Shown here: piece after piece, positions 1 through 14,800 of the stretch
Numbering within the stretch: the stretch's first letter is position 1
How the letters are laid out: each line of letters starts with the position of its first letter
From: Tubiluchus corallicola
Taxonomy: Eukaryota; Animalia; Priapulida
Assembly (NCBI GenBank): GCA_030141605.1
Contig: JAQGDQ010000626.1
Location: forward strand, 60,343-124,342
Direction of reading: 5' to 3'
DNA: 64,000 nucleotides
Translations under genes and position numbers: made by a program
The notes under the pieces: generated by a model
Seen by the model: only the letters and a program-made list of their open reading frames with translations
Told to the model about the DNA's origin: nothing
The model's database searches: none

Positions 1-149
1 GAGACTATTATTACCCCACTTTTACCCTAAATACCACGCGTCAGGCAGGGCAAAGCAGGTACCATTTTTAACGTCTTTGGTTCGAACTGCTGGTTCGAAC
101 TCACGACCTCCCAGACGGAAAGCAGACGCATTACAACTAGACAAAACCA
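1..149 (-). mobile_element. tRNA-derived SINE (5' part), core resembling the MetaSINE domain
   Basis: Minus strand shows a tRNA-like head with B box GAGTTCGAACC, then ACCAAAGACGTTAAAAATGGTACCTGCTTTGCCCTGCCTGACGCG. Confidence 0.65.
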
Positions 150-454
150 TCTGGTTTGAGGGGAAGTTGTTTGAAATAAGTTTAGATGGCACTGCGTAAA
201 GATTGAAAAAATAATCAAAGCACGAGCAGCAAACTCGTCGCAAACTAAAAAAAAGTTTAAATGATTTTACATTGTCAATATAATATTAATAATGTGTTTT
301 TTTTTGTGAGCGAGAGGTGCACGCTGGGATAGCAATGGCAGGGCTGTTTTGCCGGGTGGAGCAAATATTATAAATTATTAAAAATAAATGCAAAGTAATA
401 TAACTTTGTGTAGGAAGTTTTTTGTGACATGGTTTAAAATACCCTTTTTGAAGT

Positions 455-630
455 CAATCAATCAATCAATCAAGCTGGCAATCAATCAATCAATCAATCA
501 ATCAATAATCAATCAATTAATCAGTCAATCGATAATCAAACAATCAATGAATGAATGAATCAATCAATCAATCAATCAATTTTCCAATCAATAATCAATC
601 AATCAAACAATAATCGATCAATCAATCATT
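455..630. repeat. (CAAT)n microsatellite, possibly the tail of a minus-strand LINE remnant
   Basis: Degenerate caat array. Confidence 0.85.
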
Positions 631-1197
631 ACAATTATTTATCTCAATGGTGACACTGCATTACAGCACATGCGATTATAATACAATATATACACAGAGA
701 CGGGGTGGTGAAAAACCAAATGGTTGCCGAGTCGAGCCACGCCTAACTTAAATAAATCAACAATAAATTGTAGTGGCAGAAACGCAAGGTCGTGAAATTA
801 AGTAAATTTAATTGATATTCATCGTGAAAAACTTCAGCTCAAATTAAATACAAATTGAAAAAAGGGCAAAGTTATCAATGAAAATATAACACGTGTAATT
901 GAATATACAATCGTTATTTAAATCATTACTCATGCTATACTATAATATACTATAATAGCTTGCAGGTGTAAGACTGGAATCATAATGATAACAAGAAATA
1001 TAATAAGGCATAAAAAAGCAACTTAACAATAAAGCAAAATATAGCATTATCATAGCCTGTTTTAAAGAGCAAGTCATACAAAACCGTAAACAATTTAGAA
1101 ATAAAAGCAGCTATAATGCTATGTCACAATTATTTATGCTGAATCGTGAATTTTAGTCATTCATGATTCATGATCGTAAATACTAAAAGCGGCTTAC

Positions 1198-1323
1198 CTC
1201 GGTCCACGTTTTTCTGCAATACGATGCGGTTGCATTTAAGAAATCCTCCCGGGGAACTACGCCAGAGCCCTCTTTTGAAGTAAGATTTAAAAAAGCCATG
1301 ACGTAATAGTAACTTGCAAAAGC
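1198..1323 (-). CDS. ENTPD1: ENTPD exon 9
   Basis: AFASYYYVMAFLNLTSKEGSGVVPREDFLNATASYCRKTWTE (compare CD39 AFSAFYFVMKFLNLT...FC..PW.E); tacAG/GTAAGC. Confidence 0.93.
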
Positions 1324-4300
1324 CTGTAAAGAAAATGATAAAATCGGTGAAATGGAAAAGAAAGTTACAGCTAATATGTAAACTTACGTGGTTGTTGTGG
1401 AGATCGCTGGCGTCTATTAGAATTAAATAGAACATTGTAGAATGTTCCGTTAGAATAATCGTCCTACCGTGTAGAATGTTCTAGAAAGAAACTTCTAGAA
1501 GCTTCTCGGGTGCCCTATATAAGGCGAAGCAGGCCGATGAGACACACACAGATTCACATGAACGCCACTTACACATTCTCCTGAATACCTGTATTTTCAG
1601 ATACACTTAAACATTTTCCAGATTTTCACATTTACTGCAAACATTTCGTGTTCCTTCATACTTTTGTGTTGTAGAAGTCTCGCTTAATAAACTAGTTTAA
1701 TTTGACGAAGTGTTTTCTGGTTTTCTCTACGAGCCTTGCGAAAGAAACAAAACACAACAGTGGTCACAATTACAAAGTGCTCAAACATTATTCTAGATTA
1801 GATGTATACAAATATTTGTTCGCAAATAGAGTAGTCCCTACGTGGAATGATGTTAATTATGACATGGTTAATGCATCAAACATTGTCTGTTTTAACACTA
1901 GACTAACAAGCTGCAACTTTTTAAACTGGTGCCATTTTAATCGTTTTATGTAAGTTATTGTTCCTTAACTGTTTGTGGTGTCTCTGCGTTTTAAGTTTCT
2001 TTTTGGGTTTCTAAGGTTATTACTAGAGGATCTCGAAGATTTGAGCAGATGTTTAACATTTAGAACGGTATATTATTTGCAGTTTTACTTTTGTGATTAA
2101 AGGAACAATTCTTAAATTAGTATAAATTGAAACATTTATATTTGTACTTACGCTCTATGTGGTATGGCAGTATTATATGTAATTATTTTGTTGTCATTAT
2201 TTCAGCCTGATCATTGCTGCAATATGATAAATAAACCACTTTGATTGATTCAGCAAAAACTTCCATAGTTATTTACGATCAGGCGTTTTAAATGCTAAAC
2301 ATCTGCTTGACACTGCATGGAGTTCTTATTGTTAAATGTGTTAAGAATTGCCTCCTGGCAAACAGCAATATGGGTGCTCTTCATATGCTGAAATCTTTGG
2401 GATCCTCTATTTACTCGTTTAATAATAAAATACTTCTTGTTCAGGTATTTGTTTAATAATTGTAAATTACTTTATATTGTATTATATGGCTAGCATGAGT
2501 GCTATATGCCTGCTGCCATTTTCTTTTATAAAAAAGTATTTCATAAATAAATAATAATAAAATAATTATTTCTTATATAAATAATATATAATATTATTAA
2601 ATATAATAAAATTAATATATTATAATATAATATAATATAATATAATATAATATAATATAATATAATATAATAAAATATAATATAATATAATATAATATAA
2701 TATAATATAATATAATATAATAAAATATATATTTTTATAATATTTTTATAATAATAATATATTTTAAAATAAAAATATTTTTAATAATATTATTAAAAAA
2801 TAAGTAGTTCTTAAATAAATAAATAAATAATACTAAAATAATAGAATGATTCCACCATAAGTGTTCAAAGTGCTAATTAAGCATTAAGAAGGGCAGATTA
2901 TTCTATTCAGCAGTCACCTACAGCTAATAATTAATTAAACCCAAAAAGCTCACTGATTAGAATTGCATTTTGCTTTTTAAGAATTACTAGATTTCAGATG
3001 ACATCATGCGACTGAAAATAGCGCAATTACAAGTTTCATTGTTGTGCCTGATCAACATGCTGGCCATTGAGAAATTTCACTTTTTACACGACATTCGCTA
3101 ATTTTGTTACAATGAGTATCTGCAGGTAAAAACAGCCAATTAAGAGGGTTCTTAAGGTGTCAAGGTCGTTTTGGGGTTTTGTGCCTTTTCAGTAAATTTA
3201 TTAAGTGTTTTATTCTATTTTGTTCAGTAAATGAAGCATTTTTCATTGGGTTACCAGCAGGTTTTTCTCAAATAGTTAAATTATTTGCCTATTTAAACAA
3301 AAATAGCCAACATCTTCAAATAACTAATGAAATATCCAACCGGAATATTTGATTCATGCAAACGCAGGACATAAATTTTTTGCGCGCTAATGACATTTGT
3401 AAAAAAAACTGTGTAGAATTTCATTCACATGTTGGCTGGAGATACGTTGCCATGATGTTTGTGACACGCAGCTGCTATGTTCATTGTCCTGCTGTAACTT
3501 CAAACATCACATTACTGGAATGGACATTGCTAAAGTTGGCATTACTATGGTGAATGAGCCATTATCTGCCTGCCATCTAGAGGCGAGTTAAAAAATCTAT
3601 GCAATTGCACAACTTGCAGTCGTATTCAGCATTAAGCGAGGAGTTACAGTATATAAAAACAACAAAAATAAAGGAAAACCATGAGACAGTAATTGTACCA
3701 GAAAATCTCCATGCAACGCAGGTTGAGCAGACATTGGCTGGAAGGGACAGTCAGTACAATTCACTACCAAGAGTATTTGCAGTTTTAGCTGGCAGGCCAT
3801 GTAGTCACTGGTTCCTTGAAACTCATACGTTTTGTTCTAGAATAAACAATGTCAAATACAATGCTGCAGTACAATGCTGCAGTACAATGCTACAATACAA
3901 TGCTGCAATACAATGCTGCAATACAATGCTGCAGTACAATGCTGCAGTACAATGCTGCAGTACAATGCTGCAATACAATGCTGCAGTACAATGCTGCAGT
4001 ACAATGCTGCAGTACAATGCTGCAATACAATGCTGCAGTACAATGCTGCAGTACAATGCAAAATATCAATTTGTGATGCATCAACAAGAAAACAGACTAG
4101 AATCTCATTGCAGGCATGTTGACTATCTTTGTGTGAACAATTTGCAATCAAAGCTTCAGATCTTTCTCTGCATTTCACTCAAACTTTGGTTACGTATGTT
4201 TCCAGCAATACAATATAAATGTTGACAGGCATATCAAAATTCTGCCAAATTTTTTGAAGATACGAACGTTTTAAACAATAAAAATACATTCCATCTTTAA

Positions 4301-5765
4301 CATCCACTATTGCACATGAGGCATCTGCGGCGGATTCAGCCTTTAGAAAAAGGGTGGGCCCAACGAAAATGCAGCTAGGGGGTCTGGGGAACCCCGACTA
4401 CCAATGCATTTTACTGCATTTTAAACCATTTTTCTTACTATTTCCTCAAGGAAATCCAATAGTTTAAAACTCATTAAGTCACCTCAAACTTTTGACTCTT
4501 AATTACACACCAATATACACACTAGTATAACATATAATTGCGCACAGCGACATCTTTACCAAAAACTTCAATTATTACTTAAAGGGCACAGACATTTTTA
4601 CACTGAAATCATTAATGCAGAATTAATAAAATAAAAATGTAATCAGTTACCTCAGCATGTTGTGGGAGACTTAACAATGAACCCCAAGCAGTTACTGCTT
4701 CTTCGTCACCAACACACGGTTTCCTGAACAGTTCGGTACCGGTTGAGTACGTTGAGTTGCCTGTCGGTGCGCAAGGATTCTCCACAATTGTAGTAAAATT
4801 TGATGCCTGTGCAAAACAATGGGTACATAAAATGAAAAAACTTGCGCGAATGGAAGTTGAACATGCACAACTTAACCCTTTCACTACAGAAGGTGTGAAG
4901 CATTTTTGTTTGTTATATAGCGTTTTACAGTTACAAGTGGCGACATCTGGCTTCAATAATTGCATCCTAGTCAATTTCCGGTCATTCAAGTTTCAATGTG
5001 TTCAAGTGATGACGTGTTTCTGTGTAACTCACGATTTAATGTCAACGATGTATGTAAATTTTATTTAGTTTATTTGCTGTAAGTCTCTCATTAATTTCAC
5101 TTAATCGTAATCGATCTTTTGATAAGAAATGAATTAATTTATTAAAGGAATTTATATATCTTGTTTCAGATAAAATGTAATATTTTTGGGTAATGGCGTC
5201 TCAGTGTCAGATATGAAGTAAATGACTAAGGGTCACGAGACGTGAAGATGGTATACAAACAATAAACTGTTATGCTAAGCAAAAATGATGACTTTGTTTG
5301 TCACCGTAAAGCCCAAACAGAAGGTGGCACACTAACGTCTATGTTTTTCTTGTAAGAGACGGAAGGTGGTAGACTGCCGCCCGAGCTCAGCACTAAGCGC
5401 AGTCACCCAGGTCTGTTTATTTTGCTACTACGGCCATGCATAAACGTTATAGAAAAGCTTAACAGCCGTCGGATTGGGGTTGTTTCGCGACAAGTAATGC
5501 TAACCAGCCAATCAGCATCTGAAGCCAGGTGCATTCCACAATATTGTACTGTATCGTACGTTCCCAAGCAAAATCACTTGTAGATCATTGATGAAACGTA
5601 TGTTTAGTTTGACAGTTCAGCATTCTTATAAAATGATTGCATATTATGGATTAGTATTGTCTTTTGTGAAAACTGTGATTTCTAAATATAAGTACATGCT
5701 TATTTATGAGGGTGTGCAAGTGTGTGTGTGTGTGCGTGTGCGTGTGTGCGTGCGTGCGTGTGTGC

Positions 5766-5814
<49 letters not shown>

Positions 5815-8800
5815 CATGTGTGTGTGCATGTGTGTGTGTGCACATGTGTGTGCATGTGTGCTCGTATGTTTGCTCGTATGTGTGTACATGTGTAGAAATA
5901 AAACTAATATTTAATATTGGCACTCAATAACGAGCAACTATTTGTTTATTTACAAGATTCTGTTCTAGTAACACACCACAAGAAGTTATTGTCACATGCG
6001 AGACGTCAATGTGGCCCAGTTAAAAAGCAACGACATAGTGAAAGGGTTAAAAATATTTATCTAGAAGCCAAGAAGGATTTCAGAACACAACTTACAAGCA
6101 TCAGACGAGTATTTAAATGCAACCTCTGTTCTATAACCCTTTGCCATCATCACATTCCACATTGTCCAATCACGAGCAAGCTGCAAAAGTTTGTTAGCAT
6201 GTCAACCAAAAGTACTAGCACTTACCACGACTAGCGCCGCCTTGAATCGATTCTCCGCTTCCATCTTGCCGTAACAGAGGTAGCTATGCGTGTACACGGT
6301 GTAACTTTCTCCGTAAAGGAGTAGATCAGCACTATAGTTGGCAGGTATCACAGTACCGGTGCTGGGCTCAAATGTGAGCTGAGTCGATGCCCCACCCATG
6401 TCTAATGCACCAACTGTAGGCTTTCTTGCCACAAGTTTTGGCTGCACGAAAAATAAATCAGCAAATGTTTTAAAATGGCATTTACATTAACCTGCAAATT
6501 TAATATTGGAGTAGCAAGTTAGTAAGTAAAGTTAAATTTAAAAAAGAAGTCGTTTAATCGAAAGACAAATTTCAGGCAATTGCCTTAATATGTCAGTGCC
6601 TGGTTAGTACTTGGATGGGTGACCGCCTACGAATACCAAGTGCTGCAGGCTTGCAGGATGCCCACGCTGTATCTCGACACTAGGCAGAGGAGCTGAGCAA
6701 GCAGCCAATGGCTAGAGGGTGGAGGAGGTCAAGTGACCCTACGGCCATGTGTAGAGGAGTAAACCTTCCAAATTAGGAGTGGAGCCCCGAAGACGGACCA
6801 GTGCAGCATGCTCACTGACTCTGGCATCTCCTGCAGCCAACCTGATGCCAAACGTATCGCTCCGCTTTGCTTTGGACTACACCAGGGAGGAAGAGAGGGG
6901 GTTCCTGTTGTCTGGGCAACTCGGGATCTCCATACACCTTGCCCAGGCATGTGCCCTGGAGAGGCCATTCCAGTGGTTCGAGGATCGGACTGCTCAGCCA
7001 CAGTCGACGCTGCAGCTCCAACAATGTGATCAATAACTGACTCTCTTGGCGCACACTCCATTGTCTTCCGAGACAGAAGGATGCCAACAACAATACTTGT
7101 TCCAGCTGCTATATTATTCCATATTAGTGGCACGACATTTTATTGAAAATTTTCTTAAGTCGATGTTGCAACGTACAAAGTGATAATTAGACTTAGTCCG
7201 AGCATTTTCAGAGTTAAGAGTAAAATATTTTTGAAAAAAGGGAAGGCAGCAATAGTTTATCATGGAATTTATTCATAAATACAGCAGTATGAAAACGGTT
7301 AACACACCTAAAGAAAAAACACTGTTGCTAGTTAACTGTCTAAACAATTCATTGAATACACACCTCATTCAAATCTCCGTTTAAATAGTTTACTGTGACC
7401 CATGAAAATGAACCTTCCTTTTCTCCAGAGATAATGCTGGCATTTTTGTAGTCAAATACAGAGTTCTGCATAGCGGTCCGTACGGCTGACATGATGGCTT
7501 TACTTGCTTGTGGATCAGAGAGGCTATAAAAAATTTAACTGTTTATGTAACAGAAGATGTAAAGCATCACATAAGAAAAATTTATGCACAGCTCCTTGAT
7601 GCAACATGAAAAACATTATGATGACGCGAATGATAAGTTGAACCAACAAATGTAGTTCAGCAAGATCAAACTCTTATAGGATAAGCCTTTTCACAGTTCC
7701 AGCGATTGATGATCGTGAAAAGGTCAACAGTTAAGTGTACCAGACAACGCCTCGCAGTCCATGCCGTTGTAATTGTAACAGTTTTAACAGCTAGCTAGAA
7801 CCTTACCTAGTTCATTTTTCATCGTTCCCAAGCAAAGTCCTGCTAGTAAATCACTCTATGCACAGACTAATGCATAATTAAATAAAATCCACGTAAAACA
7901 ACTGACGTTACTGATCTGATGCAGCAGACGGCTTTGCTTTACCCACATGTCACCTAACGGTTATAGTTAAGATGCGTTGCCATGGCACGCTTAACCTTTT
8001 CCTACAGCAACTGCGCGTACGCACAACAAAAAGGCTTATTCGTTGACAAAAAGAACATTTTCATGAGCTCAAACTACAGAGTAGCTCATTTAATAATACT
8101 TAGATTATCAAGTTGATATAATTATTAGTAGATGTTGTACTGCTAATGAATAAAGGTGTTTTTGCAAAATCTTTAAAATTGAATATGAGCGAATTTCGTT
8201 TTAAGTAAACTAATAAAAAATTCTCTAATCCCTAAATTGCAAAAAAAGGGATACCAAGGCAATCCTGCTTTAGAATTGCGGAACCCCGAGAGATGACCAA
8301 GTTGAAAAATGAAAAACATCACATTTCCAGTCATATCGTATCAGCGGCCAAAACCACTGTACTTTATCGTCAGGTGAAAGAGAAAAGCAAATAGATCAGG
8401 TTAAATTAGTAATTCTCATTTTTGCGGGAATTTTTTATCGTATATATTAATGGCCATTTTTTGGACATTTTTTGCAAAACTTAAACGTCTGAGATCTGAA
8501 GAACGGGAACGTGCCGAGGGGGGTGCTGGCTATGGATAGATAGCCCGTTTAACTGTGGGTGTAGTAGGCGTATTTAGAATTCGCGAGAGGGTCACGGCGT
8601 CCCGTAATTTCCCAGACCCAACTCCCGATTTTTTCGAAATTTTGACCAAGCAGCCTGCAGAAAAAACGTTCTAGTGGTGCCTGGTGGGACTCTCGGAAGG
8701 AGATATATGGCTCTTTAGAAAGAGAAGAACAGGGCTACACGATGATGTGGGCCATGCTTTAAAACACATCCACCAAAAGGAGTGCCGACGAGTTAATTAG

Positions 8801-11800
8801 ATGTTCTATTTTTAGCAATTTTCTCTTAGAAAACTGCTGACGCAAAGCCATTGTTCTGACGTCATCCATTATACTCTGCATATAACTTTAATTCAGTAAA
8901 AGCTGCTACTGGCTTTGCGTTATAAATGAGGACTATGTAGCATGTTTGCGTATTTTTGATTATACGTGTATTTATACGCAAAATTTTTTGCAGGGCCTTT
9001 GCTAGTTTGTATTAATAGCACAAAATTATCATGCTAAAAGAATATAAGCATGTAAAAACACAGAAATACAGTAAACAAAAAAAATCAAGTGAGAGAAGTC
9101 ACGTGTTTTCAAACGTCTTCCCACCTGAGCAATCTCATTCCTGCCGTAGCACCAAGATAAAGAGGAGTCGTAGCTTGATGATCTTCTGCAATGATTCGTT
9201 GAGCGTCGTTCAGTAAACCTTCGATTGCCTTTCCGGCGGCATCGGGATTTTTGTCGTAGGTAGAAATTCCAGCTGACAAGGCAAAACATAATCAGAACGT
9301 TAATCAAATTAGGAATTTCCACATACGTACCACATATACACTGTCTTCAAATGTGACGCACCATAATCACTCCACGTATAAAACGAAAGCTAAGACAAAG
9401 AGGTAATGAACCACTAAAGTACAGCAGGCAAAAAAGAAGGGAAAATCGTATATATTAATTTCGCTGGTATATATATATATATATGTAAGAAAGCAGTACA
9501 TATTCTGTTCTGTTTATTCTGTTCTAAAAACGCATTAGTAACCTAAACAGCGCAATTATTATAACGCCTTTGCTTCCCGACTGACTACATACTAAATTCA
9601 AGCTGTTTGTATCAAGCGAGATCTATTTGCGGATTTATACAGCTCCAGGCACCCGAGTTTAAACTTTAGGCCACTTTATTTTGTCTGTAACTTGCGGCTA
9701 TTACAACCAGATTAGTACCACCTGAAATTCTACCAAGTCTAGCAAGATATTGATAAGAAAGATAGGTGGTTTCAAACAAACAGAAAGAAATTCATCAGTA
9801 GAAATATGAATAAATCTCGTAAAACATTTAATTTATATGATTAAGCAGCATTGATTTTTTGCTTCTGGGACGTATTTCAATTTTTTTACATTACTTTCCA
9901 TGAAAATTTTGGTTTCGCTTAACGACATTTTGCTGGAACACATTAGCGTCGTTAAGCGAGGACTTACTGTAGTTTTCTTTTATACGTTTACGTTGTATAA
10001 ACTATATAAACATTTCCTACATTTACCAACAAGCAAAAGAGTATTTGGCATAAAGTACTATAGAATTTACCAACACATCACAAACGTACACCTTTTCCAC
10101 ATTCACAAACAAACTTATCTAATAATGCATACCATCATGTTGAAAAGACCCGGCCTCCTTGACGATGGCTGTTCCTGCGTTCTTGTGAGGGTCCCATTTG
10201 TAAACGAAGAGTTTTGTATGCGTGGAGCCAGCATCAATTACAATTCCATACTTAAAAAGAAATAAGGACTTTTGTTCAAGAAAAAAATCCCGGTTTTTCT
10301 AGCTGTTTTCAAACATTAAAAGACAACATTTAAAATAGTGTCTACATCTAACATTGTAACCTCGCTTATAGCTGATGGAATGTCCTAAACAAAACTTCAA
10401 ATTCCGCCTTGGCTTGCTAATGGTCAGTTTATTCTGAGAAAATAAAATAAAAGCATTTTGCAAATTCAGGTGATTATACAAGATTATTATAAAATAGGAA
10501 CTAAATCAAAATATTAAATCATTTAGGTATGAATTACACAATTTTTACAAATTACAACAACTGTAAACTAGTAAAATGCTACATGAAATAGAAATTAAAC
10601 TTCTCTTTTAAGTAATCAAAAAAATTAATAATCATCATATTAAACCTACATATATTGGCAGGCTGCGTGAGATTAAGGATATCCATAAAATAAGACCAAA
10701 AATCCATAAAATAAAATTTAAGGAATTCATAAAATAAGAAATGCATAAAATAAAAAAAATATTTTTTTTGTGATTTTTTGTACAAAGTAACGAGTTGTAA
10801 GCATTGGCAACACTGAAAACGAACGTTAGAAGGAGAGAAAGAGAAAGAAAACAAACCAACAAAAGCGCATTTCCGGATTTGCTATTTTACATTGTTGTTT
10901 TCTCATTGTCTTTTTGTTATCAAGATGGCGAAGTTTCAACCAAAGCATGAGCTGGAGTTCGGTCTGAAACTGGCGAAGTTTCAACCAAAGCATGAGCTGG
11001 AGTTCGGTCTGAAACTAAGTCCTGCGTGTTTAAAAACACGTTTCAAGCACTCCTGTTTTTACTTTTTAATTGATTTCCCCCTGGGCATCTCGTTCCAGAT
11101 AAAGTCTATTTCTTATTTTATTGATATCCATAAAATAAAATTTCAAAAATCTATAAAATAAGCTATTTTATTTATTTTATACATATCCATAATCTTATGC
11201 ACCCTGTTTATTGGCCAGCAATGGCATTTAAACTTAAAGGTATCAGAAAACTGTAGAAACAGGTCATAAGCATTTATCAAATCATTGAATTTGGCTAAAT
11301 TAAGTATAAACAGATAGCAAACACCAAGACAGCGTAACAGTCTACTGTCCTACTGATATCTGCATAAAACCAGATTCAATCACCTGAGTATATAAGTACA
11401 TGCTAACAAATTTAAAGCAAGAAATTCATTCAAGGCCTACAAGGTGGCAGCACATGACAGTATCAGTTTATCCCCAACATCCCTATTATTGCTGTTGCAT
11501 TACTAGTCGCTGAGAAACAGGTGCAATCATCACATTAATGAATCAATGAAATAATCACTCATTGTTCAATAATTTCTTGAATAGTAAGTTAAAATTAATA
11601 AATGCAAACGATAATGATGTTTAGTATGTTCTCTGTGGGGTCGCAATATGAAACAGGGTCCTGGAAAGGGGTCACCGTCAACAAAATGTTGGGAACTACT
11701 GTTCTACCCTATAAAATCCCTCCTTGTGTTTTCTACCAGTAAGTAAAAAACGAACAAAGAAAAAACAAAATATTTTACTTATTTTAGAATTTCCTTTTTT

Positions 11801-14800
11801 CAGTTTTAATAATAGTTGGTTTTGCAAGAATGTTTCGTTTCGGTATCGGTTTTTAGTGTTTGATAAATTTCGGTTTCGGTAACACCCCTGGTTGCTATAA
11901 AATTCAATAGAATTGTTATTACAACTGGTATCTAGCTATACAAGAATCAAGGCGATGGTTGCAAGCTAATCTTGTACAGATCTAATACTTAGTTTAGCCT
12001 TTCTTTGAAAAACGATGCGCAACATTAAAATACAGTAAGTCCTCGCTTAATGATGCTAGCGCGTTCCAGCAAAATGCAACATTAAGGGAAACATCGTTAA
12101 ATGAAGCGAAGACATCCATAGAAATTAATGTAAAAGAACTGAGATACGTTCCAGAGGCAAAAATCAATATTGATGAAATCATATAAATTAAACGTTTTAT
12201 GAGTTTTACTCGTGTTTCTACTGACTAATTTCTTTCTGCTTGCTTGAAACCACCTATGTATCTTACTAATCTAGCTAGTGGTTTCTCTTTAGTTAACGTT
12301 TAAGTCTAGACGACAGTTAAACAATAAACACTGCAGCAAAGTCGAAGTCAAGCCTTGGAAATTTTATCTAGAAACTTAGTCTGGTTGCTAGAACAACAGG
12401 TTGCAGGTGAAATTCCTTCGCATAAAGTTTGCTGCCAGGTCTAGCTTGACACAAACGGCTAAGCATTTAGTGGTCAGTTGGCAAGTAAAAATGCATGTAC
12501 TTATATAATAATAGCAGTGTTTACGTTATCAGTGCATTTTTAGAACAAAATAATAAAATATGCACTGTTTTACAGCATCAAATTAAGTGAAAAAGTTGTT
12601 AGTCATATAAAAATTTGCATTGAGTAAATAAAAAAAGTAGAAAAACTGTCATTAAACCGAAACGTGCATGCCAATTTCAGGTAATACTAATCTGGTTGTT
12701 ATAGCAACAAGTTACAGACAAAATTCCTTGGCATAAAGTTTAAACTCGGGTGCCTGGAGCCGTATAAATCCGCAAATAGATCTCGCTTGATACAAACAGC
12801 TAGAATTTAATACATAGTCAGTCGGGAAGCAAAGGCGTTATAATAATTGCACTGTTTAGATTACTAATGTGTTTTTAGAACAGAGTAATGCAGCATGTGC
12901 CATTTTAATGCTTCAAGTTAGCTAAAAAAATTGCAGATAAAATGAAATATGGCTGTGAGCAAAGTAAAAAAATCATCGTTAAAATGAAGCAGGCGTCGTT
13001 AAGTGCGAAAAATGTGTCTAACGTTCGGCGTCGTTAAAACGAAACATCACTAAACTGGGAGTCGTTAAGCGAGGACTTACTGTATTAACGCAAAAGTAAA
13101 TTTACATCACTCTCATGTCTGAGACTGTTGGCATAAATGACCGAGATTGCTACTAAACCTCCAGCACCAATCAGAAACGAGACTCCTGTTAGAATCCACC
13201 AATTGCTGCAGCCAAACGTTTTATCATCCTGCATCACTACAAAAAAAGCAGAAAATCAATAATATAAAGATTTACAAGCATTTTTGTAATTCTAGTAAGA
13301 TCTTTGATACGTTTATTGCAGCGTATAACTCATGTGAACATTTGCACCCAAGTTTGATAAAACATAACTACTCTACTGTCATTCTTACATCACACTTGGA
13401 CAATAAACAGCTTTTATATATATATATAATAATCTTTATTTGCCATTAAAATACATTGATAATCACTGATAAAAACTTTACAGAGATGATCAATCCGTGT
13501 TAGTTAATAAAAACTTACACTGCTAAAGACAAATGCGTCAGTGCAATCTAAACTACTGTGCAGTAATGGAAAGTAACGACGAATAAAATCAAACATATTT
13601 ACAACTATGCACAAAAAAATGAAAAAGCTTTTGCATTTTTTACGTATAAACAGCCACACAAAATGGATGAAAATTCGATTGTTTTTCGAAATTGTTTTCA
13701 TTCTAAACATGTTATTTGTTTTTACAGACATTTGTAAAAAACGTCTCTACTGTTTAGTGAAGAAGAAGCAAATGACCAAGTGAAAGCCGAGATTGGTGGT
13801 CAGTGACTGCCAGGCATATGTTCTATAATTGCACTTGGTGGTTCAGTGTCTCATATTAATCCTGTAAGACTCATCATAATCAGACCCATTAAGTAGGCTG
13901 TTCTTAACACCAGTTCTCGTCTGATGACCGAAGTTAAGCAACGTAGAGCCTGGTTGCTACTTGGATGGGTGACCGCCTCGGAATACAAGGTCCTGTAGGC
14001 TTGCAGGATGCCCACACTGTATCTCGACACTAGGCGGAGGAGCTGCACAATCAGCCAACAGCTAGAGGGCGGAGGAGGTCAAGTGACCCAACGGGCATGT
14101 ATAGAAAAGTAAACCCTCCAAATCAGGAGTGGAGCCCCGAAGGTGTGCGCCCTCGAAACGTTCAAGGATCGCACTGCTCAGCCACAGTCGACGCTGCAGC
14201 TCCATCAATGTGATCAATAACTGATTCTCTTGGCGCACACTCCATTGTCTTCCGAGACAGAAGGATGCCAGCCAAAGTAGACTGTACCAGTGAGTGTTAA
14301 TTCCAGCTAGCTGTGCTAAACAGTAAGTTTTTTAGACAATATGGCTTGTTTAAAATGAAGTATCACAACATATAATTGTAAAAACATACGACAAATTAGT
14401 ACAAGCACTCCTATAATAAAATAATTGCACATACAGTACCAGTGGCGGCTCGTGGAACTGCAGCACCCCCTATTTTCACTCAATATTCTCGATAATATTC
14501 CATGTAATGAGTCTTTTTTTAGTTCTTTCTTAATACTTGTATGGAACCAGAGCACATGAGGGTAGTACTGTTTGCTTCAAAGCCAAGTACAGTGCACTCC
14601 AGCAACATGGTGTTTGGCTGTTATGTGCATGCACATATTTGAGCCTAGGTAGAGAAAGTACTGTCGCTCACACAGTTTGCTGTCAGTTGTCACGTGCTTA
14701 CCGTGAATGGATCACGACTGAACTGCGACAATTAGGCTATTAGTGATTAAAAAATGTTTTTTCATTTAGGATCTTATCAAGTTTATGTATAAACTTTCAT

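Noticed and set aside
10926-11016. 45-bp tandem duplication giving MAKFQPKHELEFGLKL x2
   Set aside because: Short ORF, antisense within an ENTPD intron, with no splice or domain support; probably part of a decayed repeat.
13906-14002. Functional 5S rRNA gene
   Set aside because: The 5' ~20 nt are missing, there are several substitutions and no T-run terminator, and it continues into a shared SINE body.
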